Shown here: positions 27,701 to 37,844 of the stretch, one piece after another
How positions within the stretch are numbered: position 1 is the stretch's first letter
Layout: every line of letters begins with the position of its first letter
Origin: Convolutriloba macropyga
Lineage: Eukaryota
Length of the DNA: 64,000 bases
Reading direction: 5' to 3'
Assembly: GCF_964194025.1 (NCBI RefSeq)
Contig: NC_134480.1
Span: 8,618,001-8,682,000 of the forward strand
The notes under the pieces: generated by a model
What the model saw: the letters and a program-made list of their open reading frames with translations, nothing else
What the model was told of the DNA's origin: nothing
Databases searched by the model: none
Translations under genes and position numbers: made by a program

Positions 27701-29618
27701 TTATGTCTAAATTGGAAGTTTGTTTGGAAGAGAATTTTGGACTATTAATTCGCGGAGCGAAATTTGAATTAACGTTTGTTAAGCGTACCCGCTGAGCGGG
27801 TTTTTTACCTGGAGTAGAAGATTGTTTTGAATAGTATTTTGAACTATTATTTCGCGAAGCGAGTAAATCAGAAATTTCAGATTGAGGATTTTGAGCTTCA
27901 TAATCTATGGTTAAAACTTGTGCTGTACTGGTGGTGGAATTTTTATATTCTCCATCAGTATCAATGTATAATTTATGAAGTGAATTAGCTGTGAGATTGT
28001 GTTTTTGTTGAAGTAATTGGACATCAGTATGTATACTCGATAATGTTGCAACTAGAATTTCTTCGTCATATTTGGAAACACTTTTTGCTGGTTGATATGG
28101 GTTACGAGATATGTAATCAACTAGGCCCATTTTTGCGCCGGGTAAATGCTCTATTGAGAATTGGTAAGGCAAGAGACGGTCAACCCACCGTGCTAACCCA
28201 CTATTGTAACTTTTATTTGATCGATGTTCTTTTAAAATGGAAAGTAATGCGCGGTGGTCAGTTATAACAGTGAATTCTTTGCCATACAAATAATTTTTAA
28301 AATATTCTATCGACCACACTACCCCAAGAAGTTCTAATTCGTTAATACTATAACGTTCTTCACTGCTGTTTAAAAATCGGGATGCAAAAGATGTCGGTTT
28401 CCAACCATCAACTGTTAGTTGTTCTAGTGCTGCTCCCAAACCAGAACGTGAAGCATCACATTTGATTCGTGTTTCAAATTGGGGGTTATAATGCATGTTT
28501 TCGGTATGATTTGCTATGCGAGTTGTAATTGCATTAAAATGTAATGTGTGAGTGTCAGTCCCAATATATTTAGTGGATTTACGAAGTAGAGGTCTTAAAG
28601 GATGGCAGAGTTGAGCTAAATTGGGAATAAATTTGCTAATATAGTGGACTGAGCCGAGAAATGAGCGTAATTTTTTGAGTGTATTAGGAGGTTGTAATGA
28701 CATAATGGATGATGTTTTGGATTCGAGTGGCGAGATTCCAGATTGAGTTATATTATATCCTAACCATGAAATTTGTTGTTTTGCAAAGTGGCATTTCGGA
28801 AGGTTGATACGAAGGTTGTCTGCATCTAATTTTCTAAGACAATCCAGTACAAGTTGAAAGTGATCATCTTCTGAACCTTTACTAACAATTAAAATGTCAT
28901 CTAAGAAACAGAATGTATTTTTAAGTCCAATCAGGGTGTTGTCCATTGCCTTCTGAAACTCGGCAGGCATGTCAGTAAGACCGTAGAATCTTGTTTTGAA
29001 TCGGTATGTGCCTGTCATGTCACCACTGATAATATTAAAATTACAATGATTAGCAGTTTCAGGGCGCAAATTTAGTTGGCTGTAAGCATATTTAAGATCA
29101 ATAGTAGAGAAATATATCTGCTCCGCGGGTTCTGTTTTGTAGTTTGTTATTATTTGTGATATCGAATCCATAAGTGTTTCAATATTTGGCATTTGATATT
29201 TGTTCTTATGTATTGCTTTGTTAAGAGTTTTAGAATCTAGTGCTAATTTTATGGTTTGATCTCGTTTGACTGTGATTACAATAGGTGAAATAAAATATTG
29301 GTCAGAACAGTTATTCAATTTTTCTATATGTCCCTCTGCAAGAAGTTTTTTAATTTCAGTATTTACTCGTTCTTGCAAATTGATGGGTACTCTTCTACCC
29401 TTTTGATGTTTTGGCTGGAAATGACGATGAAATTTAGATTTGACAATGTGTATTTTTGAGCGACCAATACGTGTAATAAGTTGAGGGAACTGTTGTGCGA
29501 TACGTGTTTTGAATGGACATTGTGATGTGATAGTGTTGACCATACTACCTTCCTGTTTTGGGGTTTGATTTATTGAAATTCCAAGAGCGTCAAATAGATC
29601 TCTTCTATAGTCCATCAC
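24708..29618 (-). CDS. Gypsy Pol: RT, RNase H, long repeat-containing spacer, integrase, long C-terminal tail
   Basis: 1636-aa ORF. RT: IDLKYAYSQL, FYGL, FLDDILI. RNase H: KCDAS, ELELLGVVW, ITDH. Integrase: LHASHPG...CKSC, IDFAGP, RIDQA, GLVER. Confidence 0.95.
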   Translation of the reverse strand: MMDYRRDLFDALGISINQTPKQEGSMVNTITSQCPFKTRIAQQFPQLITRIGRSKIHIVKSKFHRHFQPKHQKGRRVPINLQERVNTEIKKLLAEGHIEKLNNCSDQYFISPIVITVKRDQTIKLALDSKTLNKAIHKNKYQMPNIETLMDSISQIITNYKTEPAEQIYFSTIDLKYAYSQLNLRPETANHCNFNIISGDMTGTYRFKTRFYGLTDMPAEFQKAMDNTLIGLKNTFCFLDDILIVSKGSEDDHFQLVLDCLRKLDADNLRINLPKCHFAKQQISWLGYNITQSGISPLESKTSSIMSLQPPNTLKKLRSFLGSVHYISKFIPNLAQLCHPLRPLLRKSTKYIGTDTHTLHFNAITTRIANHTENMHYNPQFETRIKCDASRSGLGAALEQLTVDGWKPTSFASRFLNSSEERYSINELELLGVVWSIEYFKNYLYGKEFTVITDHRALLSILKEHRSNKSYNSGLARWVDRLLPYQFSIEHLPGAKMGLVDYISRNPYQPAKSVSKYDEEILVATLSSIHTDVQLLQQKHNLTANSLHKLYIDTDGEYKNSTTSTAQVLTIDYEAQNPQSEISDLLASRNNSSKYYSKQSSTPGKKPAQRVRLTNVNSNFAPRINSPKFSSKQTSNLDINPAQHVRLTNNSSNLASQKYNSNIIPFKFNHLYSTHAPDVHLAHKNNSFADQMRHIFIHSTNGINCASVHDQRVHSSQSNFILANTYYPPKVNTSNLINTTSNLASRVRKSFNNLTPAWHNPLLVTQKTKMHSLDDSFATQVTKYPNHSKYATHSLPFTTTPVQIESQRLVNTRKASLAHQNTSKFTSLSHSHLSIKNQPQIPTFFSNPHTNTLNNSRAQLVNKNQVLFAQTQSEIQLPSFSSINLIEKTKISSTMSQQASSLMGKTLSTRSTRASPRVSFTDNATTSTPRRSSSHSNLSTPLMDSPQVMSFERVVGKVFSKGLIASLTSKDAVLKEVRDCIIRGDEERLKALNPYLHSYWRDLHVTGGCVCMDEKVAIPNALKEALIDDLHASHPGSWGMICMAQHCWWPYMNRDLLVKAIECKSCTAIGKNLKSVIPAKQFKAHTPCIVPNQEIQIDFAGPINNEKEHERYILTCIDRFSKYPSAELVDNANASNIIKFLDNYIQIHGVPRSLRIDQARCLIGNQVKNFCTKNNITLIPAQANDHRAIGLVERLIGTIKQRLACIKDAHKELNTFTIKAALKSIIYQLRICKHKTTKLSPFESHFGRTANTPLSNISTQPKSSDLSYEKNLNHYLDEETVTPNELLPEEHWGNIRSDDEVERNMCKATKDATNRERQATDNESRFLRTTHAHRPLQLKEHAVQLNIARKKHLHKRSKKNLDGLYEVLAPGSVVQKTDQYTSVIREPGKVEVTVRNSDIAKFGTREERKTKLTDYINRRGPRTHEKTTEAKILSHIKECTRIQKGDRKMKHRKRETGSGVSSNKSNIALAMRVRMPKVPDNFAPQVLPEIPEAAPDQPIITEEVLIAPPPTNIQQETIESSHPAPTTSFPNTLTRSTKRTKKSPKYYGYDKDDSSGDSTNSCPPNFAPPRRKRRVGDIESIQPSVIQTIVDTATRVEPIHNDFPSPIIGQVSPTDPRIRPADHSTSNELIIDEEDM

Positions 29619-31035
29619 GAACTACTACAAATTCAGCTTCTTCAAGTCGCCATCCATTGCTCGCAATTGGTGCCTGTATCATACCTATCACGTTTATGGG
29701 TTCATTGGAAAATGTTTTGAGTTCCTGGGGAGGCGCTATCATCAACCATCGAGCAAGGGGAGAATTTTCCACAATTTCCGAAGCAAGAGACTCAGGCAAA
29801 ATACTGCACACACTGCCGGAGTCAATGAGAAGTCCAACATGGTTGTTACCAATTTGTAGGATAGTGTTCTTTGGTTCGATCTGAATTGCGGTACTTGCGA
29901 TGCTGGCGACCATATTGTCATCTGGGCTGTCGTAATTCGATTCGCATTGCGGGTTATAGTTCATGTTTTGTATGGCATTTACCGTTTGATCAATTGTAGT
30001 TTCTTCAACAGAGTTAACATTAGAGCGATTAGATTTGTTTGATGATGATTTTGGTTTTCTGCACACTCGCGAAAAATGGTTTTGAAGGCCACAATTGTTG
30101 CAAGTCTTTCCTCTCGCAATGCATTTGACTCTATGATTTGCTGACCAAGTTAGGCCACAGTTCCTGCATAGTTGGTTTGGTGATCGAGGAAAGCTGGATA
30201 TATTTGGTCTCTGATTCGGTGGTCGAAACGATCGTTGAGGAATTATTGCATTAACTTGCGGAGCAGATTGCGAGTTTGTAATTTGTAGCTGGTTTCTTTG
30301 GCCTAATTCCATATTTATGGCCAAACGTAATGCTTGGGCTGGTTCTAAGGTTTCTCGCAACAATTCCCGTTGAATTTCTGGATCTAACATATTTGCAATA
30401 AATAAGTCTCTAATGAGGGTGTCTTCCTGACTTCCGAGCTCACAATTTTCAGAAGGTTCTTTCAATTTTCCGAAGAAATGTTCGATAGACTCTCCTCTTG
30501 TCTGTTTCGTGGTGAGAAGGACATATCTGTCGAATGTAATGTTGCGCTGACGAATGAATGCTGTTTCCATGATTGTCCAAAGTTCTGCTGTTGAGAGACT
30601 GTCCATCTTGAGGTGTGGGTTTTGACTACAGACAATTCGACGTCCTTCAGTGCCCAAACTGAGATATAGCATTGACACAGTCTTTCGATCGGCTTGCGCC
30701 CATGGCTTGTTTCCGCACATTATTCCTATCTCCAATTGTCTCTGGCACCGGTTTTCCCAATTCATTTTTGATTGAGCGTTTCTCGCCAATCTTTCCCGCT
30801 CCGATTGTGCCGATGATCCCGTTATCGTAACCTCATAGATCGGTTCAAGTGGTAGTTGTACTGTTTCAGGTTTTGGTTCCAACAAAGTGTCTATTGTGAT
30901 ATTTTCCTTCGCAAGAAGCGCTAACTTGGCCTGCATCTGCCACTTTTCCCATTTCAGTGGCGGATCTACACTAGGTTTATCCCAAAATGGCTCAATGCCA
31001 AGTGGAGTTCGTTTTTGAGCTGCTGACTGCGCCAT
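29605..31035 (-). CDS. Gypsy Gag + aspartic protease
   Basis: The first ATG is at 31035-31033 (MAQSAAQK...). It has Gag motifs QTRGESIEHF and DTLIRDLFIANM, knuckles CRNC...H...C and CNNCGLQNHFSRVC, and protease LIDSGS. It ends at a TAG frameshifted from pol. Confidence 0.93.
   Translation of the reverse strand: MAQSAAQKRTPLGIEPFWDKPSVDPPLKWEKWQMQAKLALLAKENITIDTLLEPKPETVQLPLEPIYEVTITGSSAQSERERLARNAQSKMNWENRCQRQLEIGIMCGNKPWAQADRKTVSMLYLSLGTEGRRIVCSQNPHLKMDSLSTAELWTIMETAFIRQRNITFDRYVLLTTKQTRGESIEHFFGKLKEPSENCELGSQEDTLIRDLFIANMLDPEIQRELLRETLEPAQALRLAINMELGQRNQLQITNSQSAPQVNAIIPQRSFRPPNQRPNISSFPRSPNQLCRNCGLTWSANHRVKCIARGKTCNNCGLQNHFSRVCRKPKSSSNKSNRSNVNSVEETTIDQTVNAIQNMNYNPQCESNYDSPDDNMVASIASTAIQIEPKNTILQIGNNHVGLLIDSGSVCSILPESLASEIVENSPLARWLMIAPPQELKTFSNEPINVIGMIQAPIASNGWRLEEAEFVVVRDGL
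31020..31034 (-). promoter_or_regulatory. Primer-binding site, probably tRNA-Ser
   Basis: TGGCGCAGTCAGCAG follows the 5' LTR directly. Its complement CTGCTGACTGCG-CCA matches the invertebrate tRNA-Ser 3' end as I recall it. Confidence 0.8.
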
Positions 31036-31448
31036 GTCGTACGCGAGTGAAATTGCGTACTTGATCTTGAGTCGCAAGTTGTGTTTATGTTCTATGTCCT
31101 ACTTGCGCGGCGAGTGCGCTTTACACAATTTCCAAATGAATTCGCTTAGCGAATCGCGTAAGGACTAATGTTTACTTTACTCGAATTGTAAAGACAGTTA
31201 ATGAAGAATCAATTAAATTGGGCAACTGTACGCGAGAAGCAAAATTAAGAGAATGAAGAATAACTCAACTGTTATTCCAGAAGTCAAATAAAATGTGAAC
31301 AATATTTTCCCGTTGTGGGAAAATGGTAGCAACAGACAAGCATGTGAAGTAATAATGATTTATGCACATGCCCCTCAGGAATGGGTACACTGATTAAATT
31401 AAGTACATCGTATGATAAGTTTACTGCACTAAATTATGATGTACGACA
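31035..31448 (-). repeat. 5' LTR (414 bp)
   Basis: Partner of 24149-24554; adjacent to the PBS. Confidence 0.97.
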
Positions 31449-31453
31449 AATTT

Positions 31454-31915
31454 AAAACACTATTGCAAAAACTTACTTTAATTAATTTCAGCACAATTCG
31501 AAAACCTTATTTTTATTGTAATAGGGGTAAGATATGGGTAAACGCAGAAGATTCAATTGTTTTCCTGACTGCATTTAATTAATTGCCAAATTGGCTTCAT
31601 TTTATTTCGGTCATATAGACAATTTGTTAGCTATGTTCATAATTAGATGCCGTAACAGTGGACAACATTGATGGTGTGAACAACGGTGAAAAGAGGTTGT
31701 CATGTAACGGTTGTCCACACTTGGTCAAAACTAGATTTTGTGGACAATTGTGAAGGAAAATTTTCAATTCTGAATCAAATCGGAACTAGTTCCGCTAGCC
31801 GCCTGCTGCTTTTGTTGTCCACAAATGCGTGACAATTTTAATCTAAAATATAATTAACAGCCGTGATGAAAAATATTGACAATTTTGAATCGTTTGCAAC
31901 CTAAATGTAAATTTT
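31454..31915. repeat. Continuation of the long-unit tandem array beyond the gypsy insertion
   Basis: GGGTAAACGCAGAAG, TCGGTCATATAG, GTGTGAACAACGGT, TTGTCCACAC/TGTGGACAA are the blocks that follow the interrupted point in the units at ~20930-21290 and ~22915-23240. Confidence 0.85.
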
Positions 31916-32300
31916 GAGCAGCAAATCAAAAAATTATACATCAAAAATACACTTCATGTGAGGAAAATTCTTGTTTTTGTATTTTTTCTGAAACAAACAA
32001 ACAACTCGGATGAGCATCAATTGGTTCTGGTGCCCTTTTTTGATGGGAGGTGTGGGTTAAGTTAGTTGACGAAGCGTCTGGGTTCAGTTGGAAATTTATT
32101 GAAGGAAAACTCTAAACATACTTGGGTTAAATTCAAAAGTTTCAAAAATGTAAGGGGTTCTGAAAAAAAGCGGCTCATTGTTGTTGTAAATAGAAAACAG
32201 AAAAATCGTAAAAGTAGTCACCAATGTTTATTGTTAAAATCAAAGAATTGAAATTTCCCCAGTGATTCTGGAATTTTCATCGTGCAAGATCTTATCTAGT

Positions 32301-32485
32301 CTTACGCGATAAAAATTCTGCTCTACGTGAAGTTTAATCGTGTAAGATCTGATAAGATACATATCAGATTTTATAAGATAATAATTCAATTTTTGCTGAA
32401 TTGTTATCTTACAAGATCTGATAAGTATCTTATCAGATCTTACACGATAAAAGTTCACGTAGGGCTGAATTTTTATCGTGTAAGA
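32301..32485. repeat. Long imperfect palindrome (foldback), arms ~88 bp
   Basis: The left arm TCTTACGCGATAAAAATTC...ATCGTGTAAGATCTGATAAGATAC...ATAATTCA is the reverse complement of TGAATTGTTATC...GTATCTTATCAGATCTTACACGAT...GAATTTTTATCGTGTAAGA. Confidence 0.85.
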
Positions 32486-35400
32486 TCTGACAAAAGTGAA
32501 CTTTTATCGTGTAAGACCTGATAAATTGCCTTACAGTCTTAATCAGGCGACGCATAATCCTTTTAGTACTTAAAAGACAATTTTGTAAGAAATTTGTAAG
32601 ATCTTACCCTATAAAAATTCTCAAATGTCTGGGGTTCAACGCCTGAACAAAAGTGCATCAGCTTAAGAACCTTTAGTCAGCCAATACTCCTCTTCGAGTC
32701 TTAAGGAGACCAACTGTACCCAGATATTTACTGCCAACTTTGCTTAAGAGCAATAAAATTATCGTTCATATTAAATTTACTGATATATTAAAATTCTTGC
32801 AGGAAAACCGTGATAGCAAAATAGTAACCATAGTATTGGAAACAATAAAAAAAACGTTTATGAAAGAGCTGTTTATTTAGAATGCAATCTATGTGACTTT
32901 CTCATATTTTTGCTGTCCTTCAAAATGTTTCAAAAAGCATATTTCATTGAAAAAAGAGCAATTGTTGTGAAGGTATAATTAGACACCCATTATTATTAAA
33001 AAGCGTTCAATAATTTCCCTTTAATTATGACTGAATAATTCTGCGGTGGTTTGAAAATTCTCATTTTCCCATTTAAACCGCGAGGAAAAGGACTCCAATA
33101 AAATGATGATTATTTTATCAACTAGCGGGGCTTCCTTAGATAAACGTTTACATTTTTTCTCAACAGCGGTTTGCTTAACACGTATTTTAAACGTGTTTTC
33201 TTGCTTAACTATTAGATAAACGTAAACGTTAACGTTCCACGTGAATTTAATATAAACTGAAACAGGTAACATTTTAGGACAAAATTTATCGTTTTTTATA
33301 CGATAAATTGTTATTTTTCCACACGCCATAAACTCGTTCGCCATTACCATTATATTTGTAAAAAATTGATCAAATAATCTCTATACTAAATTATATACCT
33401 AAATGATTTGAAATTACAATTTCTTTTAATCAAACTAATCTCGAGGTTAGTAATCTATTTGTTTGAACCCACTTAGACCCCTGAACAAAAAATATGAAGT
33501 TAAGCTGTATGAAAACTTTTAAATATTAAATTGTTTTCACGCGCTTTTAGCAGAAGTATTACATAACCGAAAATTATCACGAGTAAATTTTCATGAAAAA
33601 CTTTAAGTTTTCATTTAGTTAAAAGTTTTCACATGTTATTAGCAATTAATTAAAATGATTTCACTGACTTTTAATCAGAAATTTTAGAAAATAAAAAATT
33701 GGTCTATTGTTTCCCCCCCGCCCCCAGCTTAGTGAGCATAAATCTTTTATGACCCCCACGCGCACGTGCTATTTTCTTACATAGTAATAGATCCAAGGGC
33801 GAAACAGAATAGATCCAAAAAATAATTTTAGCGAAATTTATCAAAATTTACCAATAAAAATGTGTATAAATTTTTGTGCCTTTAATTCGTACCTTTTCAA
33901 GTTTCTGACGAAGAGTAAATAATTCAATTTTAAAGTGCCTCCATTATCAAAACTTCCCTTTTCTTGAAAGAAATGGGGTGGGGTGGGGGAATGGGGAGTG
34001 TAAACCGCTCCAATTATATGACGAAATTCAAAAATTTGGTGAAGAATTTGCAAACTGTAGTCTTTTTGGCGCTTTTTTATCTTCGACGTTTTGTATTTTT
34101 GATTGTGTTTTTGATTTTTCAGCGCAGTAATTAGTTAAATTTTGTCGATTTATTTCCTTTGCTCGATTCTTGCCATTTCAATAACTAATCGACTAAGCTG
34201 CTTTTACCACTCACATTTTGCGCCATTATACCAACTGCAAACTTGTGCTTGACAGCAGTATTTACTTCTAATTTGAATTCAGGTAAGAACAGTTTTTGTT
34301 TTCAAAATGTCACATCCGACAATTTAGTTTTGGTGCCGGAAAAACACTTGACTCGTACGCGTGAAATCTCCCGTCCCCCTTGTTATCGCTGGTTGTGATT
34401 ATTTTTAACCGATTATTAGCAAAAATTCTAATGTAGGAAATGAATGATTCGAACTGGTGAATAACTGGAGCAAAATCTTCAGATTTGGGGTCCCATTAAA
34501 ATTTGAATTCTACTTCGTTAAAAACTAGCCTACTAAATTTAATGCCACTTTTAGTATGAACCAGTTTGACATACAATTCTAAATGGTATCATTTTTAGTT
34601 TTAGAAGCTCTTAAGTCTCACAAAATGCAACATTGCTCCACGAAAAATGTCATATAAAAAGTCCCAACAGTATTTTTAGCAACAGCAAGTTGAGTTGAAG
34701 CAAAGAGGTTAGAAACATAAAGCATAATTTTATACTGCATAGGGCAGAGATAATTTAAACAATCCGATCACCAATGCATTTTAATTCATAGAAAAATTAT
34801 AAAATACGTTTTGATGCGTAAAAAAGATACGACAGCAAAAAAGAGATCCTTGCTCATGTTTTGGCATTATCAGTTTTGAAATGCAAAACGTCTCTCAAAT
34901 AAGTGAGAAACTCTGAATCTTTCATAGTAATAGGAGTCTATCAGGGGGCAGAGGCTTATTCCTCAGTACTGTATAAATTTATAGTGGGAAATTGTCACTA
35001 CATTTGTTAAAACTACTGAAAGAGTATTTAAATGAACAGCATTTTTGAGGCAATTGTTTGTTTCGAATTGTACAGCAAAACACCACCTGGGAAGAACACC
35101 TGGGAATGACATCATCACAGTCTCCCAAAAAAAAACAAATCAAAACAGAGACAGAGACAAATTCCTGTTTTGATTTTTTGGGAGTAGTTTGTATTAGTTT
35201 AAAAGTCTAAAAAAATATTGTCGATTTACATAAGAAGAAATTTCAAATGATAAATTGAATCACAGGTAGAAACTTTTCAATTTAATCATACACCTTCTAA
35301 TTCAACAGTCAAAATAACTTTTTCAAATGACGTCGCATAATGAAGCTGGACAGGTTTCAAATGGAATTCAGTAATGCAGATAAAAGACAATTTGGAGACA

Positions 35401-36823
35401 CCAATTTGTAATTTATGCGTAATTTTTCTCGATAATTTTCCCGTATTTTCCCGTATACTTTACTTCAAAATTTGCAATCGTGAAAGCCAAAACTGTTAAG
35501 CGTAAACAATTGATGTAATGCAAATTGGTGTGCAGGAAATCCAAGCTGCTTTTGGCTGAAAAAATTGCCGATTTTTGACGTCACAGTCCAGATTCCTTGA
35601 AAAATTACCAAGCCACTCGACTTGGTGTTTTGTAACTGAGAGGTAAGGTACAAAACGTAAAGGGGGAGGCTGCCCCCTCCCAACTTTACGTTTTGCACCC
35701 CTCAGTTGCAAAGCACATTTTAATAATTAGTAAATTATTATGGTAAAATATGATGTTTGTTTTTTGACGGTGCAAATTATACGCACCTACAAAGCTTCGG
35801 GGGACACAAATGGAAATGGAAAAGGAAAAGATCCTTCTTAATATTTTCGACCTCTCAAAAAGGAGACCTTAATTTTCCAAACTTAGTCAAGGCGTCAACT
35901 ATATGAAAAGACTAAACGGGGTGTGGAGGATCCGTTCACCAATATCAGTATCAGCTGATCAATGATCGACCCTGACCATTAAAGTCGACATATATTATTT
36001 CCATACACAATATGAGTACGTTTATTTTACACGTCGACTTTGCAATTAGGAAAGTCATTATGGCAATAAATTTTGGGATCTATTCTACAAATTATATAGT
36101 GTTATATAGCACGTTACTATGTAAAAAAAACAGCACGTGCGCCTGAGGGGCGTAAAGTTTTATACCCCCAAGGCCCCAAGGTCCCAGCAGAATAGAAACA
36201 GAAGGGGCCGAAACAGAATAAATCTACGGATTTTTTCAGTTTGTCTCTCCCCCCCCCCCCCCCCCCCCAGTATGTAATGCACCCCCAGTTACAGAGTACC
36301 GTCATTCCCGCATTGGAACAATGGAGATAATAATCGATTTTATAGCGGTTTTCATTAAAATTCTGTTATCAACAAAATCCCTTCTACGGTGATGTTGTAT
36401 ATAATTAAGCCAAATTCTATCTCTGAAAAGAAACATATGAAGCCAAAAACTGTAAAGCCAAATGTAAAAAGCCATAATTTCAATCTGAAAAGAAAACATA
36501 AGAAGCAAAAAAATGTAAAGCCATATTCAATCTGAAAAGAAAACAAGCCAAATTTGGGTTTGAATTAACAATAAACGACGAAATCATGCGCGATTATGAT
36601 GCGCCTGATTATTCTAGCAGTTTTGTTAAATTTTGCTCAATTCTGATTGGCTAAAAATCGGTCGCGAGAAAATAAGACAACTCTTAAATCGCTTTAAATC
36701 CGCTTAAAAATTTAAGTTTCAAATATACCCCATATATTGGCAAAATGTAGTCTTAGCCTAAGAAAATGTCCATAAAATCGATTGCTTGCTTAAGTTTTTA
36801 CGGTACGGGTTACGTATTAAATC

Positions 36824-36993
36824 GGATCTTTTCCGTTTGTGCCTCCCCCCATCTTAGTGGGCGCATATTATTTGCAACCCCCAGACGCACGTGCCATATT
36901 TTTACATAATGATTTACAATGTAATGTCACGTGCTCTGTTACTGGGGGTGGGGGGGGGGGGGGTTGCACAAACGGAGATCCCAGAATAGATCC
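36824..36993. mobile_element. MITE family A copy
   Basis: Same left TIR and internal GCACGTGC core as 38617-38777, in the opposite orientation. Confidence 0.8.
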
Positions 36994-37483
36994 AAACAGT
37001 CTATCTTAACAAAGGTCACGTTCTTCGTTCTTCTGACCTTTGGGGGTTACTTGGGCGTACTATACGTCTAACATACAATTGGCTAATTGTTCACAGATTA
37101 TTAGAATTTAACCGCGAAAACATTGTACCACTTGATTGTACATGATTTATGTTTGTAGACAGACCTGAATACGACGGGCAAAGACGCACGTGACACATTT
37201 GGTCTGCTTTGTCCGACAAAATGTAACCAAATTAATTCACTAAGTGTGTTAAAAAATCACCAAATATCGGCTACGCAAAGTTACGCAACAACCCACGTCA
37301 TTTCAGAAGTTACAAATCACAAACCAGCTGAAAGTCAACCAGCTTCACAAAACTAGTGCAGCGTTAGAAAGCCGTCGTGACTATTTAGCATCTCTTTCAT
37401 TAGTGTCGCCCCAGTACTTTAACCGGGTCTTTCCCATTATCCCCCATTGTCAATATACCATAATGGGAGGGTTGTAATTTAGT

Positions 37484-37514
<31 letters not shown>

Positions 37515-37844
37515 GGCTATAATGGGATGATGGGAAAGACCCTGACCTTGTTAACCAACCTTTCCCATCCCAAACCCCCCCCCCCACCACCCGTTACTGA
37601 ATGTTTTTCCGTAAATGCCCTAAATATTTATTGTTGATTTGGGGTGTGGGGGGAGAGGTATAATTGGACGCATATGTGCCATATTTTACCATAATGAATT
37701 ATGGGATCTTTTCCGGTTGTGAACCCCGGTTGCTTTGATTGGAATAAATACGCAGCTTTAATGTCCAACTATAATCAACACCATCGGCTTTGTAACATTT
37801 AAGTTTTTTCTATTGACTCTACAGATCGTGACAAGTGAAATTCA

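Larger units (their letters stand above)
24149..31448 (-). mobile_element. Full-length Ty3/gypsy LTR retrotransposon (Mag-like organisation), 7.3 kb
   Basis: Two LTRs (TGTCGTAC...GTACGACA), 5-bp TSD AATTT (24144-24148 and 31449-31453), PBS, PPT, and domain order gag-PR-RT-RH-IN. The Mag assignment is an inference from the paired knuckles and near-single-ORF layout. Confidence 0.97.

Noticed and set aside
31036-31077. N-terminal 14 aa of the 490-aa ORF (MRLKIKYAISLAYD)
   Set aside because: It starts at a TTG inside the LTR; the first ATG is at 31035.
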